Positions 12,045 to 24,123 of a stretch of DNA of 64,000 nucleotides are shown piece after piece (within the stretch, counting starts at the first letter, position 1; each line of letters begins with the position of its first letter). The stretch lies in the NCBI GenBank assembly GCA_010093995.1, contig ML992502.1:2172541-2236540 (forward strand). The letters run 5' to 3'. The position numbers were made by a program, and so were the translations under genes. The notes under the pieces are model-generated. The model was not told the origin of the DNA. It did no database searches and saw nothing but the letters and a program-made list of their open reading frames with translations. Origin of the DNA: Elsinoe ampelina (taxonomy: Eukaryota).

Positions 12045-14831
12045 ATGTCGTGGAACACTTCCAACTTTCGCGTCAACGTCTTCCCTCGCCCGAGCGTGTG
12101 GCCTCCTCGTCGCAATGCCGGTCAACAGATCCCCAACTTTTATGTTCCTCCTCCCCGTCCCCGACCTCGCCGTCCGGCGCTGCACAGGACCCGTCAGCCT
12201 CTCCGATCGGCCATGAACAAGGACCCCAGCACATGCCGTGTCATCCCATTCGGCGGCAACCACCCAGATACTGTCTACGCCAATGAGTTCAGTGAGCGTC
12301 TTCCTGGTGAGGACAAGGTACGCTTCCTTGCCTCGCAGGTTGACGCTGAAGGTCCCGTTCGTCCCGGTGAAGAACCACCCCAGCGTGTATGCAAAGTCTG
12401 GCCCGGATCGCCTCACTGGCGTGGTCTGAGCCATGAGTGGCCCTTGGACGAGGAATTTCCCATCGTCAACGAAGACTGGAATGACTACTGGATCAAGAAG
12501 CCTCGCTCTGAGGAAAATCCTCATAAGGGCTATCAGATCCCTGCCATCTACGACAACGTGAAGGAGTGGAGCGACATGCCCGAGGGCTTTCATTTTCCGA
12601 AAGGCGTGTACCAACGTGACCTCCTCGGTAGAACTTTGGAGGAACCAATTGTGCCCAATGCCCACGGCATCAAGCGTAAGCGTACAGCCAATGATGTTCT
12701 GCCTCACCCGCCTCTTTCAGTGGACAACTGCTTCTGCGACTCTCACGACCTCAAGGAGTATGTAGGTCTGCCCTGCAAGAAGGCTCGTCATTTCTACGAG
12801 CTCCCTGGTCACAACTGGATCGCCAAGTACGCGTTTCCGCCAAACCCGAGCGCTACACCATATGTCCACAAGACTCCAGAGGAGATCGACATGCGCGTAC
12901 ATTTCGTGGACAAGATGCCGGAATTCGCGCCACTACCCCCGCCGATGTACATCTTCGGTCACGTCCCCGGTGCTTTCCATGACTCTGATGAGGAGATGGA
13001 CGACGAGCACAACGACAACGCTTCGGAGTCAAAAAACTCTGAAGCCCAGGCCAGCACCGGCGCCACTGAGATCCTCGGTGGGTTGACCCTGGGCGCCAGT
13101 ATTAACACCGCCATGTCTGCTCCGTTTGGTACACTCGCTTTTGCAGCTGCGAACGACAACCTCAGTGAGGCGATTGAGAAGTTACTGCAAGCTGAGTATC
13201 GCGAGTCGTATGCTAAGATCGCGAAGGAAGCTGCTGACAAGGTCAGAAACAAGAAGCCTGTGGTCGCCAGGAGTGTGGAAGATGCTGCGGCCGAGAAGAC
13301 CTCAGAGGACAAGGAGATGGACATGTTCAAGCTCTATCGTCACCACATTCGCAGGATCGAGGCTGATGCCGAGGTTGGTGCAGTCGACGACGGTGTGAAG
13401 AGCGCGCAGGTCCCGCGCCCTTTCTTGGGCTCTGAGTCTTCTGGCTCCCACAAGACCTATGTCACGTCAAAGCCCTTCCGTCACTACGTCCGCCGCCGCC
13501 CTATCCACCTCCGCGGCAAGACATACAGTCCCGTCACATCGGATATATCTGAGAAGTATGCGACTGCGTCCGAGGGAAAGACACAGGAACTACGCTACTT
13601 CCACAATTTTGACTTTGAGGATGTGCCTCTCGATCCTCTTGCAAGGGCACGGGCACAACAGACTAGCGTTTATTCTGAGGATCCGTTTCAGTCTCTGTCC
13701 CCTCCGCAATTGCCCTTTGCGCTGGCCCCTCCACAGTCGCCCTTTGCTCTGTCGCCTCCACCCTCACCATCTCCTCTCCCGCGCGGGACGCTCCGCCGCC
13801 GTTCCGACAGCTGCAAGGAAGAGCCCATCGACGAAGACGCAACGCCACCGGAGCAAGAAGCCTACGTTCGCCAGGTCGATCAGAACCGCCTCGCCCATCT
13901 CCGCCGCTCAGTCCTCCTCAGGGGTCTACCACGTATCAAGACCACATTCGGTCCCGCCCCCGAGCCGTTCGAAGCCCAAGACCAAGACGGCGCTTCCCAA
14001 GACGCACCCAAGCAGGACGCCCGCGACACCTCCAACAACACCGCCACCAACCCCGGCCGTGACCCGCAGGCCCCCCCTCCGGGTCCACGCACCCACCGCG
14101 CAACCCCTCTCCCCTCTCCCCTCCCCTCCTCCTCCACCTCCTCTTCCAGCAACTCCTCCAACCCCATCCCCTCCCCCATCACCTCCCCCACCCCCTCCCT
14201 CCGCCTCCTCCAAGACACCCTCTGGCAAACCGAGCACGACGCCCGGCACCTCGCCCTCGCCCACGCCTCCACCCAACAACGCACCGACCCCGCCCTCTTC
14301 GCCCGCACCACCCTCCTGTCCGCCCACCTCGGCCTCGAAGCCCAGCAACGCTCCATCGTCGCCCAAGCAGGGCATCACAACCTGCGCATGAGCCGCGGCG
14401 ACATCCCCTCCTTGGCGCTGGGGATGACGGTCGACGGGGGCGCGCCGGATGATTGGTACGTCACGCAGGGGGGGTTGAGGTTGGAGGAGCACTACGCGAG
14501 GGAGGCGAGGAGGGGGAAGGTGGAGCGGTTGAGGGAGGAGAGGGAGAGGGGAGTGAGGGAGATGGTGAGGGGGGGCAGGGGGTGGGTGGGGGTTACGCGG
14601 GGGCCGATGGTTCTCCGGGAGGGGGCGAGGGTGAATCGGTTGTATAATCGTGGCGAGGATAGGGAGGTTCAGGTGGAGCTAGGGGGAGGACGGGAGCAGG
14701 TGCAGAGAGATGATGACCCCCCTGAGGATGTCATGATTGAGACGGGGAGTTTCAGCGATGATGGAGAGGTAGGGATGAGGATGTTGAGGCTGCAGGATCA
14801 TGATGCTGATGCTGATGATGAGGCGGAGTAG
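12045..14831 (+). CDS. Hypothetical 928-aa protein, Pro/Ser-rich, family not recognised
   Basis: Long uninterrupted ORF with GCCACCATG context; candidate 5'-UTR intron at 12003-12039. Confidence 0.75.
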   Translation: MSWNTSNFRVNVFPRPSVWPPRRNAGQQIPNFYVPPPRPRPRRPALHRTRQPLRSAMNKDPSTCRVIPFGGNHPDTVYANEFSERLPGEDKVRFLASQVDAEGPVRPGEEPPQRVCKVWPGSPHWRGLSHEWPLDEEFPIVNEDWNDYWIKKPRSEENPHKGYQIPAIYDNVKEWSDMPEGFHFPKGVYQRDLLGRTLEEPIVPNAHGIKRKRTANDVLPHPPLSVDNCFCDSHDLKEYVGLPCKKARHFYELPGHNWIAKYAFPPNPSATPYVHKTPEEIDMRVHFVDKMPEFAPLPPPMYIFGHVPGAFHDSDEEMDDEHNDNASESKNSEAQASTGATEILGGLTLGASINTAMSAPFGTLAFAAANDNLSEAIEKLLQAEYRESYAKIAKEAADKVRNKKPVVARSVEDAAAEKTSEDKEMDMFKLYRHHIRRIEADAEVGAVDDGVKSAQVPRPFLGSESSGSHKTYVTSKPFRHYVRRRPIHLRGKTYSPVTSDISEKYATASEGKTQELRYFHNFDFEDVPLDPLARARAQQTSVYSEDPFQSLSPPQLPFALAPPQSPFALSPPPSPSPLPRGTLRRRSDSCKEEPIDEDATPPEQEAYVRQVDQNRLAHLRRSVLLRGLPRIKTTFGPAPEPFEAQDQDGASQDAPKQDARDTSNNTATNPGRDPQAPPPGPRTHRATPLPSPLPSSSTSSSSNSSNPIPSPITSPTPSLRLLQDTLWQTEHDARHLALAHASTQQRTDPALFARTTLLSAHLGLEAQQRSIVAQAGHHNLRMSRGDIPSLALGMTVDGGAPDDWYVTQGGLRLEEHYAREARRGKVERLREERERGVREMVRGGRGWVGVTRGPMVLREGARVNRLYNRGEDREVQVELGGGREQVQRDDDPPEDVMIETGSFSDDGEVGMRMLRLQDHDADADDEAE

Positions 14832-15296
14832 GTAGGTCGTTTTTCCCATCGTGCATGTGGCGTCGATTGAGACGAGCGAGGTGGGTTTTTTCTACGACTG
14901 ACACTAGGTTTTGTCTCGTCTGGCGCTGGCGTCATGGCTTTGAGTGGTGGAATAGGTTTGTGTGTATTCATGGTAAGTAGTAGCTTAGCGTGGACTGGTT
15001 GTGTCGAGTGGGATGGCCCCTCGAGCTGGCTTGGCTAGCTGTTTCCTTTGTTGACTAGGCATTTTCCAGGCCTCGGAAGTCTTTGATACTTGCTGACAAT
15101 ATGAATGCTCAAACACATAGTGCTCTCATTGGTAGTGAAAAGTGACTTGATCATGTAACTTCTTGTATTGAAAAGCGTTTCGATATCGTACACCCGTTCC
15201 TTCATCGCACTCATCCATGACAGCCTATCTAATAAGCGTCTTCTCGTCAATAAGTATACACAGCAAGAATCGAAATCAGAGCGAATATGCTCCGGC

Positions 15297-18200
15297 TCAA
15301 GTGACGTGCTTGGGCTTCAGGATGCCGAGCTCTTTCAACCTCTCCCAGGCCTGGTCCCTCTTCATTATCACCGCCCTGTCCATGTGAACACCGTCCAGAA
15401 CCTTCAAACCATGGCAACTGCTTGCAATGAGAATCTCATGCACTCGTTTCCGGATTCTGGTATCTCCATCCATGAGCTTCCTGTGCGCAGAGTCCTTATC
15501 ATCGGCGATGTCAGGCAACACATAGCGCGCCTCCTTTGCCCGCTGAACCTCTGTCATGCAGATGGATTGACCTTGCTTCGGTTGCGGTAGAGCAACAGCC
15601 TTGACGATTTGCATCTCCTGATCGGCAGTCCCAAGAGCCGGATAGAAGCCGAGGTTGATGGGATTATCCCGCACATCGACGTTCACTAGTGTAGGAAGGT
15701 GAGCTAGTGTTTCAACGCATTTTCGGAGTCTTCCGAGCCGATTGCCTGCCAAGTGTACATATTGCAGTGGCTGAATATTGAGTAGTGGCCGAATGTCCTT
15801 GAGCGCATTGAAGTTGAGGTTGAGGTAGGACAAATTCGGGAAGTGTAGACCAAAGTCTTTCGGCAGACCAAGTAAACCACATGAAGCAAGTTCCAAGTGG
15901 GCTACAGTGTTTTGCGTGGCATGCACTTCCAGCTCGCTTGGAAGCCCATTTCCGGAGAGATGTACCGAGCGAGCGTGAATCGCAGTGGAGAAGACTGTTC
16001 GCCACAAGGATTCGTCGCCATTGCCTTGTCTACGCAGGGAGATCGTATCAATGCTTTTGAGCGCATGTAGACCGGGTAGGGAGGAGATTGCGTTGTCATC
16101 CAGATCAAGGTAACGCAGAGATGGCAAGAGTGTGAGGTCCAGAGTGCTTAGCTCGTTGCTACCGGCGGATAAGTAACGAAGAGTTGACGGCGTAGAGACG
16201 TCTGCTGTGAGGCATAATTGGGACAACTTGTTGTCACCGATACTGAGCCTCTTCAAGGCGGTCAAACGCTCGATTCTGGAGCATTGTCGAAGTCTGTTTG
16301 AGCTCAGATCAAGCGTCTCCAGCTGGTCCCTATTCATAGTTAGCATCGAGCGATCTCGAGTGTGTGAGTCGACTTACCAATGACAAGGACCAAAGTCGAC
16401 AGTCTCGATTTCATTATTGGAAACGTCCAGCTTCAGAAGACCTTCAACATCCATCAAACCGTCCAGTGAAGTGATCTGGTTATGGCTTGCCTTCAGTTCT
16501 CGTAGATGGATCAAGCATCCAAGACCATCTAGATCAGTGATCCCATTGTGCGAAATGTCGAGGTACTGTAGGTGTATCAAGCGATTCCACGCGGTCAGGC
16601 TAGAAAGCGCATTGTGGCTAGCATTGAGCCATCGGATAGCCAGGGGAGCACCATCCAGCTGAGACACTGCGTTTCCAGAGATGTCAAGCTGTTGCAGGCG
16701 AGTACAGAACTCTTCGAGACCATGAAGGGTATCAAGTCCTTGCTTGCTGAGGCTGAGCTGCTTGATATCCTCCCAGAATGGCTCATCCCCTTTGACGTCA
16801 GTGAGAGTCTTGACCAATTGCTGCACAGCAAGGGCATAACGATCCCCTTCTATTTCAAGACCGTGGCGAGCCACAGTTCCTGACAAAACCTGTTCCGTTG
16901 GTCCAGGCTGCTGATCAATTTCTGCTACCGTGAAATCTGGCAAATCGCTCAGGATCATGGAAGGTGAGCCATGTTGTGGTAGACTGAGCTGTTGGTCGTG
17001 GGTCTCGATCGGCCGGGAGACTGCGAAAGAAACACTGACGAGGCGCTTGTCAGGTAGCTCAGCAACCATCGACAACTCGCTTTGGTCAACATCGGGCCCG
17101 AACCGTCGTTGGCGGAATGTTTGAGCGTGGAAGGACACTTTCCTGTTGAGACCTTGTGGTTCTTGTCGTGGAGGGAGCTCTTCAACGTCTGATTCGTGCT
17201 CCCACTTTGAAGCAGTCTCATTGCTGAAGGCCCGCAGATCGGCCGGAACGTGCGCATAACGCCTCGGTGAAGGAGTGCTTTCCAATTCGAAAGGTTCGGA
17301 AATCTCGGACTGCTCGTATAGTGGCTCGTTGTGTTGCTGCTTCGGGCCATGCTCGGTACTCCAAGATGTCGCTCTCGTCTCAACCTGATGTTGACTAGAA
17401 TCCAGCATCGATCGACCCTTCATGATACTAGATTTGAGAGCACTATGCTGCTGGTCATTTCCAGTATGCGGCCTTGCGAAGGTAGTGTCATCCTGTGAGC
17501 TGAAGCGAGCATGACCTCGGTCCGGGTTCGTCTTCGCTGTCGCCTGCTTCGACGATTGACTGGACTTGACTTGTTCCATCTCGTGTAGCTCATCCACTGT
17601 CAGATCGGGAATGTTTCCGAAAGGATCATCATCGCTTGTCAAGTTGCTGTGCGCGTAATGACTCAGCTTCTCCAAGCTTCGCTGTTGCTTCGGCTGCTTC
17701 TCCTTGACCCATCTGTTCAGAGTTCTGTCGAATGTCATCCCAGCGACTTGCTCTGGAATGAGATGTGCAACTGCATCTGGCGCCAGTGTAGCAACATTGT
17801 CAGACTTTCGGCTGGAAGCCGAGTGTTGAGTGCGTCCTGTGGAGAAACCAGCCGACTGATCTGATCCACCGGTTGGCATATCATCGACATCCTCCTCTCT
17901 TTGAAGTGGTCCAGTAATTCTGATCTCGGCCCTTGAGCCATCCTGAAGCTCAAAATACTCTTCCTCCTCCTCCATTAGACCGCGAAGTTTGAGCGATTGG
18001 ATTGTCGTCTCTATGATATCGATATCATCTTTCTCCTGGAACTTGCGTAGTTGGCTAGCCACTCGAGAGTCTTGCTGAGGGAGGAACCTTGGGCGCCAAC
18101 CTGGAGCCGTCCCTTCGCGCGAAGGCGGTCTCGATACTCTGAGCACTGACGATCCTCGTTCGATCGTGGCGTCAGGCTCGTCATCTTGCTCAACGGCACT

Positions 18201-20536
18201 GTGCTCATTATCCTCTTCCACGCTACCCAGACCACTCGTGGGTCGCCCTCTGGCCCGGATGAGCGACATGATATGCATCGCTTCATCGAGGAAATCCTGC
18301 GTTGTTATCGATCGTTTCCTCTCCCCAGCGTCGCTGTTCCTGGCAACATTCAGAGTGAATGTAGCAAGATCATTGGCGACTGCTTTGGTCTGGCTCACAA
18401 GCTTCATCGACCCCGGTAGACTAGACTCGGCGATTTTCTCCCTGATGGCTTGCATTTGTGGAGAACTTGTCAAAGGCTCGACCTCTTCCTCGTCTGCTTC
18501 TGACCATCTCTGCTGATTTGGTGTTGGATTTCGTGGGCGGGGCTGTGTCACGACATGTAAGCTGGCATCCGGACTGTCGCCATAGATCTCGATGGACGGT
18601 ATAGGATTCTCTTCCAGTCGGGACTGATCCTGATTTTGATGGTTCAACTGAAGCCCTTCCATTTCGAGATCCAAGGCATGCAAAGTCCTTTGACGTTTGG
18701 GCGTGGGAGCTTTGACGGGGGAGTCTCGCAAGCGCTTACCCTCATCATTGGCTGAATTTCTTCGAGTGGTGCCATTCATGCCCGTTGGTGCTTGAGACCG
18801 TCCCGATTTCGCTGTGCTGCGATCTGACAGTTTCCGTTTGACACCAAACGTCTCCTGGGTCGCCTCGCTTTCCTCTAAATGAAACATGAAAGGAGATCTG
18901 GCGCCTGGGGGAAGTGCATCAGGTTCGGGAGAACCTTCGGAGGTTACTTCTGGAGAACCTTCGGGTGATTGCTCTCGTGCCTCCTGAGACCCAACACTGG
19001 GAAAAGAGATGTTGGCCTCGAAGTCATACTCGTCCAGTTCGTGCTCGCCGAAGTTGCTCAATTTTGAGCGTGCATTCGACTCAGCTTCTCCAGGTATTCG
19101 CAGCGATGCATTCGATAGGTCCTGTGAAGACTTGTGCTGATGTTTCGCAGATCGTATTGACTGGGTCTGAGCTGCCTCACCCGTACCTTCGAGTTGACTG
19201 AGCCTACGCAGGAGCTTTCCATTGGTGAACGTATCATATGCTCCAAACAGCTTCAGCGGACTCTTAGTCGACTTTGGAGTCGGCAGATCTGGCACTGTGG
19301 AGACAGCGTCGCGCTTCGGTGTTTGAGGTTCTGCGTAGCTGTTCTCTTCTCCTGGCATTGCCTCAGACGCAAAGTCCCTTGACTCAATTGTTTGCATCAC
19401 CATAGACGGCTGTTGGTTGGTTGAGGCGGAAGGACTCAGTGGTCTCGTCTTGAATGAGCCATAGTTCGATAGACCACCGCGCTTAGTGTTTACGAAGCTC
19501 CCTAGCCTTGTCATGGGGGGTGTATTCTCGATAACGTTGTCTGGGACGAGCGAGCTTTCGATCAATGGGATGCTTTCTTCTAGGTTGTCGTTTGAATGTT
19601 CCTCCTGATAGATTGCGGTGATTGGATTGCTTGGCACTTCTGTTCGTGAAGTCGCCACACTACTATTGTGGAAGGCTTGGATAGACTCTGCATCCGCTGG
19701 CTTGTAGATAACCTGACCATCCATGATGTGCTTTCCCATGATAACAGGACTGAATGTCTCGTCTCCAGCATCGGTCTGACCGCTGATCTTTCGGTCGACA
19801 GCGGTAATTCTGTCGCTGCGGAAGGAGATGTCGTTCATGTTGGCATTTTCCAGAGTTTGGTGTTCGAGGTCCTCGGCTGGTATTGGGGTTCCTTCTCTTT
19901 GCTGGTCATCTTCCGCCATCAACTCCTCGCTGGGGTCAGAAAGAGACGGAAAGCTGAAGCTGCTATCTTGCTTTTTGAACATGGATGGCGGTAATGAAGG
20001 TGGACTTGATGGCGGTGCTTGGCAGCGCTGCAGTCTGCTTGGTGTCTTTGTTGCGGAGCTAGGAGGTTTGGTTGGAGAGAAGATGTTTTCCAGCGCAGAA
20101 GGTCCGAACAAATCTGTTTGGTCCCCATATCCAAGATCACCATCAACCAATCTCTTTCTCCATGTCAAAGGGGCGCCGTTCTTGTTTGGTGAAGATTGTC
20201 TTTCGACAGTATCGTATCGAACAACCGAATCCACAGAATTTACTGTGCCTGTCTTGTCGCAGTCTCGAAACGTCACTGATGCAGTGCGAGCATTCTGAGC
20301 GTTGTCGCCGAGCTGAGAAAGCCCTTTGCGGACAGAATTGGCTGAGGTGTTGTCGTTCTGTGTACGTGGTTTCGAGCTCGCGACGGAGGAGATGCTACCA
20401 CTCCTCCGTGGGATCTTGCACGCGCTGGACAGTGTCAGTCTGACCACCTGTCAGAGCTTACCGATACATACACTGCTTGTTGTGGAATCCATTCGTCTGG
20501 GAGGTCGGCCAACCATGGCTGACTAGCTCCTGGCAT
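15297..20536 (-). CDS. NUD1: SIN/MEN spindle-pole-body scaffold Nud1/Cdc11/SepK-like LRR protein; introns 20425-20471 and 16330-16377
   Basis: N-terminal MPGASQPWLADLPDEW, DLFGPSALENIF and RKRSITTQDFLDEAMHIM motifs, long disordered middle, C-terminal LRR array. Both introns canonical and frame-preserving. Confidence 0.85.
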
Positions 20537-21008
20537 CTTGCTCGAGGGGAATGTTTGTTGCAAGAGTTGGGCGCGTCGATCGCGGGGCTTAGAAGAATCG
20601 GATCCAGTGAAGCATCATATTTGCTTGATACTATCCGACTTGTGTGACGGAAAATAAATGTTGAGCGGCTCTTCGCTGGCAGCTTGAACGGTCGGCTTCT
20701 CAAGATCTTTCACATGCGGTAGTCTGGTTAGAGGTTAGCTGCAGTTGGACGCGGGAGTGTTTTCACCCGCGGGTGTTGCACCGAGAGATGCCCGATGAGG
20801 CTTAGCTTCAGTCCCACATTTGCCGACTTCATGCCACGACGACAGGCGGCAACCTTGATAACCGGACTAGCATTACAAATTTCAATATCCCTGGTAGTCA
20901 TCTTGTCGACTCCTTCAATCCTGGATCACTGGTCTCGACGGTTGTGCGGGCGTCGCTGTCTCGGCATAGCAAATGTTCAACAATATGTGAGATTTTCACA
21001 AAAGTGGC

Positions 21009-23915
21009 GTGAATTCGACCATGAAGAAACATAGATGGCTTTGGCCGGCATCGCATTCGCTCTTCCTACAAAACGGATTGTACACAGATGTCGATCTGAA
21101 TGGTGCTAGGGCATATAGCGATGACTTGCTGGTTCCTGGCTCTGACGACGAGCTTGACAAGGAACAACGCCAGACCAAGCGAAAACGAATCAATAGCCTG
21201 GCCAACAACTTTTTAGCCGGTCAAGGACTCATCATACCCTCTGCTTCTCTACGGGGACCTTTTGGTGAAACAAATGATGACAATTACCCTCCCAGCGAGG
21301 TGGGCATACTTCCCGAGCCTGAGGAGCTGGACACGCTGAATGATGCTATGCGGTGTGCTGAGCCAACGGAGCCAGCAGTGGTACCTGCGGACATCATCAC
21401 TAGCACAATGCATGACCACTCTTATCGAGAGAGCGCTTCAGCTCGAAAGCGGAGGTTCCGTGGCGTGGAGATGGTTCCTCCAGGAATGCAAACTCCTTCA
21501 CGAACCCCTTCATCTTCGCCGCCATCTGCGATCGAGGATCTTCTGGCGGCTATCGACGAGGGTGGTGAGGATGCCGTTGGAGAGAGAGAACCATCTGAGG
21601 CATCTCCGAGCATGCTGGATGGAATCATGAATGCCAAGATGCTCAGCTTTTCTGCAATCGATGCCGCTGATGTTGCGGCCGGGATTGACGAGGCAAAGCG
21701 CCTCAGTCAGGCTGCAATCGAGCTGCCTCACAGTTCACATACCCTCAGCACTCAATCACAAGACGTACACACCGGAACTCCCGCCGATCCCCACCACGCG
21801 CACAAATCACGCAGCAGGCCTGCGCCGAATAAGGGAGCCCCGAATGCATCGTCGCCATTCATGTTCCGGTACAAGAAAGGTCGGAAGAGTCGCAATCGTA
21901 CTGCAACACCACCGGCTTCTGATCCCGCAGTGGCTCTACAAACAAACAAACCATCTCCGGCTCAAGCACGCGACATCTTTGACGTGCCAGTCGACGATGA
22001 CCAGGATTTTGTCGAGCGGCACACCAACAAGCGGCTCAGGAGTTCCGGTCGAAGCGATTCAGGGCGAAGTCATTTGAAAGGCAAATTGCGGAAGTTGATG
22101 CGCAACTCAGGCGCTACTTTTGAGTATGACGCCGCAGCACCACCCACACCGAGTCGACGTCCATCCGCTGTTCAGGCCATGGAGGAGCCAAGCAAGCCCA
22201 TCGTGCACAATGATGAGATATCGCAAGCTGAGAAACCAGGGCTAGCTGGCTCGATCAAGAATGATCGTCAAGAAACTGCAAGCAGTCCAATGGAGCCGGC
22301 AATGCAAATCTCGACCCAAGCAGCTCTTCGGGAAGCACATCGCGATCTGCTGAAGTCATCCCCGGTTGCAAGCCTTCTCTCACCCACCAAAGTGGAGCGA
22401 CGGCCTGCATCAGCGGATGCATCGCAGTCACCTCCTCCAGCAGTGACACCTTTTGCCAAATTTCACCGGCGGTTCGCAGTCAACGAGCATGATACACACG
22501 AGCCAGCAATCAGCACGCAGGCAATCTTCGATGCATTTTCGCCATTCCAGATATCTCCTGTAAAGCAGTCAGCCAAGCAGAACCAAGTCCGATCGCCACT
22601 ACAGCCATCACCCGTCATCAACGTGTCGAGCTTCACACCCATCAATAAGCCGGACAAAAAGTCGCAGGAGCATCTGAAAGAAGACCAACCGGAGCAACTG
22701 GAGCAGCAGAGTGTCGCCGTGATGGGTCAGGACCTCAGCACAGCCCCCGCCATCGATGCGGGCTGGTCTTTCGCTGCTTTGGATGCCTCTCCTCAGGCTG
22801 AGAAGCCCGAGGAAGAGCCCAGAGGCGTGCGTCCAGTCATGCAGCCGCGTCCCAACAAAGGCTTGAAGTCGATGGGATTCAAGGTCACCAAGGCATCATC
22901 ACAGTCGCAGTCTCAGGACTCAACCCGATCGAACAAATCTCGAACAAAGCGAAAGCCTGAGTTCGTAGAACAAGAGTCTAACGCGGGAGGAGTCGTTCCG
23001 ACAACTGCGTCAAGTGACCACGGAAATGACCCTGACATTGGTACGGCACCAAATGAAGTGTATCCCAAGGTCGTATCGCAAGTTGGGAGCTCTGTCAAGG
23101 TCACACAGCCACCGCCCACGACGGAGCTTTCGTCTACCAATCCCATATCGACCGGTCCCAGTCTGTCTCAGTCCAAGATAACGAAGAGGCGTCGTCGCAA
23201 ATCACTTCCTGCCAATGGTACGCAAATAAAAGCGTCTCAATTGCCTCCATCTATGTCACAGCCGAGTCGATCCAGGCCCGCCATCAACAAGAGCGACATT
23301 AATCGTTCCTTCACACCGTCCCGTCCGCAGTCTTTCGCGCTCTCCGACATTATCGCGGACTTCTCCTCGTCTCATCCCTATGTCGACTTCCGCAACGTCC
23401 TTTCTCAGACATCGATAAACTCGCTCAATTCTGGTCGGCACTCACTTCCCGCTCAAAAGCGTGGCTCGGTTATGGACTGGGATGCGGAAAGCGAAGCAGG
23501 TGATAATGTCCCTTCGCAAGCAGATGCTCCCGCAGATCAGCCGGAACCTAGCAATGTCAGCCGTGTCGTCGACCCGATGGCTGTCACCGATCATCCACCT
23601 CCGCTAGCATCGACGGGCAGCTTCACCAAGCCATCTCTCCCTGCATCAAGAGTCCGATTAAGTTTCGATTCCCAATCGCCTCGCAAGACTGGCTTGAGTG
23701 CAGTCGCGGAGGAGAGCTCCGCCACCATCCGTAGCAGCAGGAAGGGCGGTCTGAAGAGCTCGCTGAAGAAGGCAAGTAGGGAGAGCTTTCAGGATGCTCA
23801 GAAGGAGACGACGATGGACATGGACACGGACTTTGATATCGACGCGAGCTTGAACGACCTGAAGAATGACGTGCTGGGAGGATGGGATGTGGAAGAGGAG
23901 GCGAGAGCGCTATGA
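21009..23915 (+). CDS. Hypothetical ~968-aa intrinsically disordered protein (true start uncertain: ATG 21021 or a small upstream exon from 20973)
   Basis: Long ORF; short conserved-looking motifs (SASLRGPF, ISTQAAL, STQAIFDAFSPF, LGGWDVE). Confidence 0.8.
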   Translation: MNSTMKKHRWLWPASHSLFLQNGLYTDVDLNGARAYSDDLLVPGSDDELDKEQRQTKRKRINSLANNFLAGQGLIIPSASLRGPFGETNDDNYPPSEVGILPEPEELDTLNDAMRCAEPTEPAVVPADIITSTMHDHSYRESASARKRRFRGVEMVPPGMQTPSRTPSSSPPSAIEDLLAAIDEGGEDAVGEREPSEASPSMLDGIMNAKMLSFSAIDAADVAAGIDEAKRLSQAAIELPHSSHTLSTQSQDVHTGTPADPHHAHKSRSRPAPNKGAPNASSPFMFRYKKGRKSRNRTATPPASDPAVALQTNKPSPAQARDIFDVPVDDDQDFVERHTNKRLRSSGRSDSGRSHLKGKLRKLMRNSGATFEYDAAAPPTPSRRPSAVQAMEEPSKPIVHNDEISQAEKPGLAGSIKNDRQETASSPMEPAMQISTQAALREAHRDLLKSSPVASLLSPTKVERRPASADASQSPPPAVTPFAKFHRRFAVNEHDTHEPAISTQAIFDAFSPFQISPVKQSAKQNQVRSPLQPSPVINVSSFTPINKPDKKSQEHLKEDQPEQLEQQSVAVMGQDLSTAPAIDAGWSFAALDASPQAEKPEEEPRGVRPVMQPRPNKGLKSMGFKVTKASSQSQSQDSTRSNKSRTKRKPEFVEQESNAGGVVPTTASSDHGNDPDIGTAPNEVYPKVVSQVGSSVKVTQPPPTTELSSTNPISTGPSLSQSKITKRRRRKSLPANGTQIKASQLPPSMSQPSRSRPAINKSDINRSFTPSRPQSFALSDIIADFSSSHPYVDFRNVLSQTSINSLNSGRHSLPAQKRGSVMDWDAESEAGDNVPSQADAPADQPEPSNVSRVVDPMAVTDHPPPLASTGSFTKPSLPASRVRLSFDSQSPRKTGLSAVAEESSATIRSSRKGGLKSSLKKASRESFQDAQKETTMDMDTDFDIDASLNDLKNDVLGGWDVEEEARAL

Positions 23916-24123
23916 AGTAGAGATTACAGGCGTTGGACAAGTATGCGTTTGCTCTTTGCTTCCTTTCGAGCTAGATACCCAAGCGCTTATGATGATATTT
24001 GTATCAATACCACACCTTGCACCACCATCCTCTTCCGGCCGTGCCTTTGCAACTGCATCGCCACCGCTCATCCCTCCTCCCACCCCTCCCACTTCACCCC
24101 CAACATCCACTCCTCCGCAGCCT

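Noticed and set aside
13459..14492. Long overlapping alternative-frame ORFs (310, 188 and 158 aa)
   Set aside because: By-product of the stop-poor C/G-rich composition of the 928-aa gene.
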